A stretch of 26,310 nt of DNA, from positions 1 through 26,310 of the IMG/VR virus record IMGVR_UViG_3300030330_000631; one strand, given 5' to 3'. Positions 7,427 through 14,427 of the stretch are shown in pieces; position 1 is the first letter of the stretch, and each line of letters begins with the position of its first letter. The position numbers and the translations under genes were made by a program. Below the pieces are notes generated by a model. It did no database searches. It was not told where the DNA came from and saw nothing but the letters and a program-made list of their open reading frames with translations. This DNA comes from a virus (taxonomy: Duplodnaviria > Caudoviricetes).

Positions 7427-7466
7427 AAACCAGTTGTGGGTTGGCTTGGTTCGGCACAACTGGTTT
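7427..7466 (-). terminator. Perfect 12-bp hairpin with 16-nt loop
   Basis: AAACCAGTTGTG/CACAACTGGTTT, directly after the stop of the 22-aa ORF. Confidence 0.5.
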
Positions 7467-7535
7467 CTACACCGCTATATGACACAAGATGATTATGCCA
7501 CTAGCTATCACAATGATGTTAAATAAGTCTGTCAT
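7467..7535 (-). CDS. 22-aa hydrophobic membrane peptide
   Basis: Not in the ORF track. GAGGT-AATC-ATG; MTDLFNIIVIASGIIILCHIAV*. Confidence 0.5.
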   Translation of the reverse strand: MTDLFNIIVIASGIIILCHIAV

Positions 7536-7551
7536 GATTACCTCAATGTAA

Positions 7552-7582
7552 TGAGAGCCACCCCAGTATGAGGTGACTCCCA
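7552..7582 (-). other. mRNA hairpin downstream of the 253-aa gene
   Basis: - strand TGGGAGTCACCTCA-TAC-TGGGGTGGCTCTCA: 14 bp with three G-U pairs, which fixes the strand as -. Confidence 0.6.
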
Positions 7583-7591
7583 ATGTTATAG

Positions 7592-8353
7592 TTATACGTT
7601 GTTAGATTCTGGAGATTCATCAGCTTCATGCTTCTGAGTCACCTCATTGTTCTGACCATTTAAGACAGATTGGATAAGTTTTTCTCTGTCTAGATCCTCT
7701 AACAACTTAGCACCTGACTTAGCAGATTGCTCAGAATATGTTTGGTATGTATCTCCAGTAGTTGCTAAGTACCACATCTCGATAACCTTAGTGATTCTTA
7801 GATTATCTTGAGCAACATCGATGTTAGTCTTACCAACTTGAGCAAGATGACGTAGCTGTGTATCTGTGTCACTGTTCTTGCCCAATGCTCGATCTAGGAT
7901 ACGTCGTTCAGCCTTTGCGATCTGATTACCTCCAATGTTTAACTGTCTGGTAATAGCATCATTAAACTGACCATTCTTATCAGTCTTACGAGTACCCCAA
8001 AGTAAAGATTCCCAATATGGAACAGCTGACATTTTGCCAACTGGAATCATTTCATCAGTTTCTTCCCATATGGTATTACCAAGAGAATCTTTACCATTAG
8101 CTTTTCTATGAACATGCTTCTGACTATCAATGTCATACTGCATCTCATATGGATTATGTACCATGTCATTACCCATCATAAAGTTAAGTACATGTAACAT
8201 GCATAACTCAACTCCTCTTGGTGAAGATAGTTTGGAAAGAATAGATTGAATAGTCTTACTCTCATATTCTTTTTGTAGTTTCTTATAATCGTTAATTAAT
8301 TCATCTTTACTAAATCTAGTACTAGTTACTTCTATATTATTATCTAAAGCCAT
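7592..8353 (-). CDS. Hypothetical protein, first gene of the early block (253 aa)
   Basis: Long ORF with strong AGGAGGT SD; no family recognised. Confidence 0.85.
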   Translation of the reverse strand: MALDNNIEVTSTRFSKDELINDYKKLQKEYESKTIQSILSKLSSPRGVELCMLHVLNFMMGNDMVHNPYEMQYDIDSQKHVHRKANGKDSLGNTIWEETDEMIPVGKMSAVPYWESLLWGTRKTDKNGQFNDAITRQLNIGGNQIAKAERRILDRALGKNSDTDTQLRHLAQVGKTNIDVAQDNLRITKVIEMWYLATTGDTYQTYSEQSAKSGAKLLEDLDREKLIQSVLNGQNNEVTQKHEADESPESNNV

Positions 8354-8382
8354 TATGACCTCCTATATTAAGATTAAAATTA

Positions 8383-8664
8383 AGTACACACACAACGATA
8401 TGTACAGGTTCGAAAGCCTATAAATCTGACATGGTTCTCAATACCGAAACAACTCCGCGAGTTGCTTGGTGCAGAAAAGGGGACAAAGTTTTTGACACAG
8501 CCGAGATATGCAGAAAAGAAACAAAGCAGTGAGTGTGGCAAAAAGTTTGCAAGCAAGGGAGAAATAAATCAGGCTTGCCTTTTCTGGATTTCGGTATTTA
8601 GGTTCTGGCAGATTTGTAGGACGGTCATCATGCCTATGATATAATCGTTAGATGTGTGTGTATT
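8383..8664 (+). other. Large branched fold-back (about 280 nt) in the divergent control region
   Basis: Nested stems 8384-8393/8654-8663, 8394-8399/8644-8649, 8417-8428/8609-8620, 8440-8449/8589-8598, 8472-8480/8578-8586 and 8484-8499/8534-8549. G-T pairs favour the + strand. Confidence 0.7.
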
Positions 8665-8665
8665 C

Positions 8666-8828
8666 GTGTCAATTGTGAGTAAGATTCTACGATTATCTAA
8701 GCGATATGTAACGTAGTGTGTATTGAGGAACGAGATACACCGAAGTGGAATATGGCTTACCATTCCGAGAACCCGAAGGGCATGCGTCTGCATTGCATAT
8801 CCTGACACAAAGCTGGTTACACGAAGTG
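8666..8828 (+). other. Second structured domain with GAA mini-hairpins
   Basis: GTGTCA/TGACAC (8666-8671/8803-8808), wobble-rich stem 8703-8723/8782-8801, CCC-GAA-GGG (8772-8780), CAC-GAA-GTG (8820-8828). Confidence 0.5.
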
Positions 8829-8856
8829 CAAATATTAAGAATCTTGAATTAATGTA

Positions 8857-8886
8857 TTGACACTAGCAGAATAAATGACGCAAAAT
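8857..8886 (+). promoter_or_regulatory. Sigma70-like promoter for terS
   Basis: TTGACA (8857-8862), 18-nt spacer, CAAAAT (8881-8886); predicted +1 close to ATG 8894. Confidence 0.45.
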
Positions 8887-9262
8887 GATCGGCATGGAAC
8901 TTACAAGGATAACAGAGAAACAGAAGAAGCTAGTTGATACACTAGTAGCAAAAGGATGTAGTGTAAAACAAGCCAGTGAAGAAGCTGGATATGCACAAGG
9001 AGAATCAGGTAGAGTCAGTGCAAGCAAGGCGTTGAAGACACCACATGTGCAACAGTATATGATGCAACAGATAGCAGACAGTATAGGAATCAATGCTACG
9101 ATAGCCAGTAATAAACTGCTAAGACTAGCAAGTGGAGCTAAATCTGAGTATGTACAGCTTGAAGCTAGCAAGGATATACTAGATAGAGCTGGGTTTAAAG
9201 CACCAGATAAGGTAATGCATAGCCATGTAGGTAATATAAATGTTAAGATAGACTTGAGCTGA
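8885..9262 (+). CDS. terS: Terminase small subunit (start 8885 or 8894)
   Basis: ITEKQKKLV...KQASEEAGY....ASKALK.P.V HTH; QLEASKDILDRAG oligomerisation helix; upstream of terL. Confidence 0.85.
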   Translation: MIGMELTRITEKQKKLVDTLVAKGCSVKQASEEAGYAQGESGRVSASKALKTPHVQQYMMQQIADSIGINATIASNKLLRLASGAKSEYVQLEASKDILDRAGFKAPDKVMHSHVGNINVKIDLS

Positions 9263-9392
9263 TTATTGTCTGTAAGCTACACAGGTATAGGGGCTACCCC
9301 AAAAAGTAGCACACCTACAAATAACAATGGTATAGCCCTAGCATTTTTTTCCAAAAAGGTACTTCATCACAGAAAAGAAAAAGGAGAGTAAC

Positions 9393-9761
9393 ATGAGAGT
9401 AGGAGTTATGATGGCTGGTCTGTTAAAAAAGTTATTGCATACAAAACAGAACGTAGATAGTCTTTCTGAAGAGGAGATAGTCAATGGCGAAGACACCACT
9501 GTGGCAGAGAAAGGGAGGGAAGAATCCCAAAGGCGGTCTAAACGCGGCAGGTCGAAGGTCAGCAAAAGCTCAAGGGATGAATCTCAAAGCACCAGTAAAG
9601 TCAGGCGACAATCCTCGAAGAGCCAGCTTTCTAGCAAGAATGGGAAACGCTCGAGGACCGGAATACAAGGACGGAAAGCCGACTCGACTTCTTCTCAGTC
9701 TAAGAGCATGGGGAGCATCAAGCAAAGCCGACGCACGAAAAAAAGCGGCGGCAATAAGTAA
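9393..9761 (+). CDS. Possible overlapping Ser/Lys/Arg-rich protein
   Basis: Own SD (AAGGAGAG 9381-9388; second AGGAG before ATG 9408); overlaps 9484..9792 in another frame. Confidence 0.35.
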   Translation: MRVGVMMAGLLKKLLHTKQNVDSLSEEEIVNGEDTTVAEKGREESQRRSKRGRSKVSKSSRDESQSTSKVRRQSSKSQLSSKNGKRSRTGIQGRKADSTSSQSKSMGSIKQSRRTKKSGGNK

Positions 9762-9792
9762 ACGCAACAAAGCTAAGAAAAAGAAAGGGTAA
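9484..9792 (+). CDS. Basic phage protein (DUF6321-like, from memory)
   Basis: MAKTP.WQRK.GKNPKGGLN..GR and RRASF.ARM motifs; GAGGAG SD. Confidence 0.8.
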   Translation: MAKTPLWQRKGGKNPKGGLNAAGRRSAKAQGMNLKAPVKSGDNPRRASFLARMGNARGPEYKDGKPTRLLLSLRAWGASSKADARKKAAAISKRNKAKKKKG

Positions 9793-9795
9793 GCT

Positions 9796-9951
9796 ATGTA
9801 TGGTAGTAGTAAGACTATGGGATCAGCTCGCAAGATGAAGAAGAAAGAGAATGGTTCTAATGGAATGAATGGTTTAACAGCCAAGCAAAAGACTCTTCCA
9901 AAAAATTTACAGATGCTAATTCTAAAGAAGAAAAAGAAGAATGGCAGTTAA
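9796..9951 (+). CDS. Small Lys-rich protein (51 aa)
   Basis: Not in the ORF track. MYGSSKTMGSARKMKKKENGSNGMNGLTAKQKTLPKNLQMLILKKKKKNGS*; fills the gap exactly. Confidence 0.7.
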   Translation: MYGSSKTMGSARKMKKKENGSNGMNGLTAKQKTLPKNLQMLILKKKKKNGS

Positions 9952-10108
9952 TGCGGCTGGTAACTATACCAAACCAAAGATGCGTAAGGCTTTATTCAAC
10001 TCAATAAAAAATAGAGCTGTTCAAGGTACGGCGGCTGGTAAGTGGTCAGCAAGAAAAGCGCAACTCCTGGCTAAACTTTATAAGAAGCGTGGAGGTGGTT
10101 ATACCTAG
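9941..10108 (+). CDS. Small basic protein (55 aa), N-terminal half of a DUF5872-like family
   Basis: Not in the ORF track. MAVNAAGNYTKPKMRKALFNSIKNRAVQGTAAGKWSARKAQLLAKLYKKRGGGYT*. Confidence 0.75.
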   Translation: MAVNAAGNYTKPKMRKALFNSIKNRAVQGTAAGKWSARKAQLLAKLYKKRGGGYT

Positions 10109-10394
10109 TGATCCAAAAGAAGGTACTGGGAAAAAACCAAAGGGATCTGGTCGTAGACTTTATACAGATGAGAATCCTAAAGATACTGTTTCTATAAAGT
10201 ATGCAACAGTTGGTGATGCCAGACGTACTGCTAATAAGGTAAAGAAGATTAATAAACCTTATGCGCGAAAGATACAGATACTTACTGTAATGGAGCAGAG
10301 AAGTAAATATGGTGGTAAGCCAGAACAAGCGCGTATTGCAAAGATGGCAAAGATTCAACTAAGAAAGAAGAAGAATGAAAAAGTCACAACGTAG
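10089..10394 (+). CDS. Basic phage protein (start uncertain)
   Basis: DPK.GTGKKPKGSGRRLYTDENPKDTV motif; only GTG (10089, 10095) or ATA (10101) starts are available. Confidence 0.75.
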   Translation: MEVVIPSDPKEGTGKKPKGSGRRLYTDENPKDTVSIKYATVGDARRTANKVKKINKPYARKIQILTVMEQRSKYGGKPEQARIAKMAKIQLRKKKNEKVTT

Positions 10395-10617
10395 TTTAAA
10401 AGCATGGGGGGAACAAGATTGGCAAACCAAAAGTGGCAAGAAGTCTTCCGTGACTGGGGAAAGATATCTACCAAAGAAAGCAATCCAAGCTCTTTCAGCA
10501 GAAGAGTACGCACGAACCACAGCAGAGAAAAGAAAAGCAAAGAAGAAAGGGAAACAATTTTCTTCACAACCAAAAGCAATAGCAAAAAAGACAGCTCTCT
10601 ATAGGAGATTCTCATGA
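10375..10617 (+). CDS. Small basic protein, C-terminal half of a DUF5872-like family
   Basis: SQRSLK.W..QDW.TKSG....TGERYLPKKA...LS..EY..T...KR....GKQF motif. Confidence 0.75.
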   Translation: MKKSQRSLKAWGEQDWQTKSGKKSSVTGERYLPKKAIQALSAEEYARTTAEKRKAKKKGKQFSSQPKAIAKKTALYRRFS

Positions 10618-10817
10618 GCTTTATAAATAATCTCAAGCCAGAAGAACATAGATATTTAAGACGTATAGTTAAAGAAATACACTTTCAATACTTTGATGAG
10701 AAACATGGAGCTTCTTTTGTCACCAATAAAATGCTGGATAACATAATAGAAAACATTGGACCTGAAGTTGCAGAGTCAATGATAAGAACTGGTGTAGATA
10801 AAGGTGACAGAGTTTAA
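10614..10817 (+). CDS. Hypothetical protein
   Basis: ATGA-coupled to the previous gene; GGAG SD; overlaps the terL start. Confidence 0.7.
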   Translation: MSFINNLKPEEHRYLRRIVKEIHFQYFDEKHGASFVTNKMLDNIIENIGPEVAESMIRTGVDKGDRV

Positions 10818-12324
10818 GTACAAGCCTGACGGCAATGTTCTAAAAAATTTTATGAAGGATGATAGTTTCTTTCGTGGTATCCGCGGCCCAGTTGGTTCTG
10901 GTAAATCTGTTGGATGCTGTGTCGAAGTATTCCGAAGAGCATTAGAACAGAAGCCAAATGATGATGGAGTGCGTAAATCTCGATGGGCTGTCATCCGAAA
11001 CACTAATCCCCAGCTAAGAACAACAACAATTAAGACATGGTTAGACTGGTTTCCAGAATCAGATTGGGGAAACTTCCATTGGTCAGTTCCTTATACTCAC
11101 CACATAAAAAGAAATGATCTAGACCTAGAGGTAATTTTTTTAGCATTAGATAGACCAGAAGATGTAAAGAAACTTCTTTCTCTCGAACTTACTGGTATCT
11201 GGATTAATGAAGCAAGAGAGATTCCAAAGAGTATAGTTGATGCATGCACCATGCGTGTTGGTCGATTCCCAAGTATGCGAGAGGGTGGTGCTAGTTGGTC
11301 TGGTGTTATCTGTGATACAAACGCACCAGAAGAAGATCATTGGTGGGCTATTATGGCTGGAGAAGTTCCTATACCAGATCACATACCTCGAGAACAAGCG
11401 GCGATGTTGGTAAAGCCTGATAACTGGAAATTTTTTATTCAACCCCCAGCTATGATAGAAAAATTAAATGACCGCAAAGAAATTACTTCTTATTCTCTCA
11501 ACACAAAAGCAGAAAATAAAAAGAATATTTTAGAGAGTTATTATCCAAACCTAATTCAAGGTAAGACAAAAAACTGGATAGATGTATATGTAATGAATCG
11601 ATTAGGATTAATACAGGAAGGTAAGCCTGTATATCCTGACTTTGTTTCAGAAACACATATAGCAGATGAGGAGATACCTATAGCGGTAGGCATACCTTTA
11701 TACGTTGGTATTGACTTTGGCTTGACTCCTTCTGCTGTTTTTGGTCAGAAGGTTCGAGGTCGATGGTTGGTACAAGCTGAGATTGTAGCTGTTGATATGG
11801 GTGTAGTTCGTTTTGCTGAGTTACTACGACAAGAAATAGCAACACGATTTAATGGTCTTGATGTTTATATTTATGGTGATCCAGCTGGTGATTTCAGAGC
11901 GCAGACAGATGAATCAACTCCTTTTCAGATTCTTAGGGGTGCTGGTCTGAAAGCAGTGCCAGCTCCAAGTAATAGTGTCGATCTAAGATTAGAGTCTGTT
12001 GCTTCTCAGTTAACAAAGATGTCTGAAGGATTGCCAGCATTTCTAATTGATAGAAGATGTCCTACACTAATCAAAGGTTTTCAAGGTGGCTACTGTTATA
12101 GACGTATGCAAGTATCTGGAGAAAGATATGATGATAAACCTGATAAAAATATGTACTCCCATATCCATGATGCCTTGCAATATATGATGTTAGGAGCTGG
12201 AGAAGGTAGAACATTAATAGCTGGTCAAAAACCAGTGAAAGCGTTTAATGCAAGAAAAGGCTTTGATATTTTTAGAAGATCGCCTATTAATAGAAAAGGC
12301 GGTTCTTTTTGGAACAGATTATAG
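10804..12324 (+). CDS. terL: Terminase large subunit
   Basis: Walker A GPVGSGKS, Walker B IWINEARE, coupling motif DTN, RNase H-like GIDFG and HIHDALQY. Confidence 0.95.
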   Translation: MTEFKYKPDGNVLKNFMKDDSFFRGIRGPVGSGKSVGCCVEVFRRALEQKPNDDGVRKSRWAVIRNTNPQLRTTTIKTWLDWFPESDWGNFHWSVPYTHHIKRNDLDLEVIFLALDRPEDVKKLLSLELTGIWINEAREIPKSIVDACTMRVGRFPSMREGGASWSGVICDTNAPEEDHWWAIMAGEVPIPDHIPREQAAMLVKPDNWKFFIQPPAMIEKLNDRKEITSYSLNTKAENKKNILESYYPNLIQGKTKNWIDVYVMNRLGLIQEGKPVYPDFVSETHIADEEIPIAVGIPLYVGIDFGLTPSAVFGQKVRGRWLVQAEIVAVDMGVVRFAELLRQEIATRFNGLDVYIYGDPAGDFRAQTDESTPFQILRGAGLKAVPAPSNSVDLRLESVASQLTKMSEGLPAFLIDRRCPTLIKGFQGGYCYRRMQVSGERYDDKPDKNMYSHIHDALQYMMLGAGEGRTLIAGQKPVKAFNARKGFDIFRRSPINRKGGSFWNRL

Positions 12325-12333
12325 GAGGTCAAT

Positions 12334-12612
12334 ATGTGCTTTGGCGGCGGTGGTAGTCCAGCTCCTGAACCAGTGAGCGAACCAGTAAAAGAGCAACAGA
12401 AAGCTCAAAAAGAAGAAGAAACCAAAAGAAAAATAGAACGTAGGCAAGAAGAGAAAGAAGATACTATTCAAGCTGAAACTCCTATAGCAACATCCTTAAC
12501 ATTTGAAACTGGTGCTAAAGCTGGTCAAAGAGTTATGAGAGGTAGTAGAGGTAGACGCGCACTATACACTTCTCAAAGAGGTGGCATAGGTTATAGAAAT
12601 CCATTACTCTAG
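12334..12612 (+). CDS. Small virion protein preceding the portal (T7 gp7.3-like position)
   Basis: MCFGGG N-terminus, RG.RGRRAL..S C-terminus, AGGAGGT SD. Confidence 0.7.
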   Translation: MCFGGGGSPAPEPVSEPVKEQQKAQKEEETKRKIERRQEEKEDTIQAETPIATSLTFETGAKAGQRVMRGSRGRRALYTSQRGGIGYRNPLL

Positions 12613-12620
12613 GAACTATT

Positions 12621-14177
12621 GTGGATCAAGATAAAGAACTCATAGAACGCTTTATTCAAAAGTATGAAAGAGCAAAAACTATCAGAAGACGATGGGAGAG
12701 TTTATTTGATGAGTGCTATGAGTTTGCAATGCCTATGCGTCAGACATTTGCTACACAATCTATTGGCGAAAGAAGAGATGATAAGATATTTGATGAAACA
12801 GCTGTTGTTGGTGTTCAAGAGTTTGCATCACGATTGCAAGCTGGATTAGTTCCTAACTTTGCACGATGGGCTGACTTTACGGCTGGTAGTGAGATACCAA
12901 AAGAAGCTCGAGAAAAAATAGATAATGATTTAGAGGAAGTAACTGATTATGTATTTGAGGTTCTTCAAAACTCTAATTTTGGTCAAGAGGTTCATGAATC
13001 ATTTATGGATCTGGCAATCGGTACTGGTGTATTACATGTCGAAGAGGGTGATGCTGTTAATCCAGTTAACTTTACTGCTTTGCCTTTACCTCATGTTGTT
13101 TTGGATGTTGGTCCTGACGATCATATCGATCATGTATATAGGGAAAGGGACATTAGGTATTCTGATATAAAAATACTTTATCCAGATGCTACTATTGATG
13201 ACAGGCTAAAAGGTGCAATGATGGCTAATCCTGATGGTCGAACACAGATATTGGAAATCATTTGCAAAAACTATGAGAAAGTAAATGAAGAGGCTTTCTA
13301 TTGTATTATTTTTGATATGGGTACACGCTGTTTATTGAAGTATGAAGAGTTTAAAGGAAATGGTAGTAATCCATTTATATGCTTTCGCTGGAGCAAAGAT
13401 CCCGGTGCGGTCTATGGTCGAGGTCCACTTATTAGTGCATTGAGTGCAATCAAAACTACTAATCTAACAATAGAACTTATATTAGAAAATGCACAGATGG
13501 CTATATCTGGTGTCTATCAAATGGATGATGATGGTGTTATTAATCCAGATACAATTAATCTAGTGCCTGGAACTGTAATACCTAAAGCACCAAACTCTGC
13601 TGGTTTACAACCAGTAAAGGCGGCTGGATCATTTGATGTTGCTCAGTTAATTCTATCAGATATGAGAAATAATATTAAGAAAGCATTGTATAATGATATG
13701 CTTGGTAATCCAGATCGAACACCAGCTAGTGCTACAGAGATAGCAGAACGTATGGCAGATTTATCAAGACGTATTGGATCTGCTTTTGGTAGATTGCAAG
13801 CTGAGTTAGTACAACCAGTTCTACAGCGTGTTGTTTATATTTTAAAGAAGCAAGGTCGTATTGAGATACCTACGTTGAATGGCAGACAAGTAAAAGTACG
13901 GTCTGTAAGTCCTTTATCACAAGCACAAGCCAACCAAGATATATCATCTGTTAATAGATTCTTGGAAGTCGTACAAACACGATTAGGACCAGATCTTGTA
14001 AACATTCTCATCAACTCTGAGCAAGTAGCAACTTACCTTGCTAAAAAGTTTGGTGTACCAGATAATTTAATTAGAGATTTAGAAGAGCGTAAACAGATAA
14101 TCGAGTTTGCTCAACAGCTACAGCAACGACAAGCAACAATGCAACAAGGACAAATGCAAAATGAACAAGCAAGCTAA
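12621..14177 (+). CDS. Portal (head-tail connector), T7 gp8/BPP-1-like
   Basis: 518 aa; DL...GTG, RW....G.VYGRGP and SATEI..R motifs; Gln-rich C-terminus; synteny. Confidence 0.95.
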   Translation: MDQDKELIERFIQKYERAKTIRRRWESLFDECYEFAMPMRQTFATQSIGERRDDKIFDETAVVGVQEFASRLQAGLVPNFARWADFTAGSEIPKEAREKIDNDLEEVTDYVFEVLQNSNFGQEVHESFMDLAIGTGVLHVEEGDAVNPVNFTALPLPHVVLDVGPDDHIDHVYRERDIRYSDIKILYPDATIDDRLKGAMMANPDGRTQILEIICKNYEKVNEEAFYCIIFDMGTRCLLKYEEFKGNGSNPFICFRWSKDPGAVYGRGPLISALSAIKTTNLTIELILENAQMAISGVYQMDDDGVINPDTINLVPGTVIPKAPNSAGLQPVKAAGSFDVAQLILSDMRNNIKKALYNDMLGNPDRTPASATEIAERMADLSRRIGSAFGRLQAELVQPVLQRVVYILKKQGRIEIPTLNGRQVKVRSVSPLSQAQANQDISSVNRFLEVVQTRLGPDLVNILINSEQVATYLAKKFGVPDNLIRDLEERKQIIEFAQQLQQRQATMQQGQMQNEQAS

Positions 14178-14427
14178 TATCAGTGGTCTTGATGGATTCC
14201 CTAGAGGAACAGAAGATGAACAACAAATATCTTTAAATTTTGTTTCTCTGTTTTCATCACCAGCTGGTAAACAAGTATTGAAGTATTTAAGAAGTGTAAC
14301 AATAGAAGCAGTGCATGGATCTGCTGTAACTAATGATACTCTTCGACATGCAGAAGGTCAGCGATATATTGTTGGCTTAATTGAAAGACGTATTCAACAT
14401 GGACATAAGGTGAAATCAAATGAGTGA
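14161..14427 (+). CDS. Bbp19-like small protein downstream of the portal
   Basis: LFSSPAGKQVLKYL and EGQR.IV..I motifs; start reassigned to ATG 14161. Confidence 0.75.
   Translation: MNKQANISGLDGFPRGTEDEQQISLNFVSLFSSPAGKQVLKYLRSVTIEAVHGSAVTNDTLRHAEGQRYIVGLIERRIQHGHKVKSNE

Noticed and set aside
8462-8808. ORF-track entries 8462..8644(+) and 8569..8808(-), and likewise 7295..7492(+)
   Set aside because: No SD, atypical composition, and they lie inside strongly base-paired non-coding elements.
5048-8820. GCTGGTTAC repeated at 5048-5056 and 8812-8820, both in structured intergenic DNA
   Set aside because: A single 9-mer repeat is expected by chance in 26 kb.
7229-8828. tRNA, CRISPR array, retron msr/msd or group I/II intron as explanation of the structures
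   Set aside because: No cloverleaf or T-loop, no regularly spaced repeats, no reverse transcriptase (YxDD) ORF in the window, and no interrupted gene.
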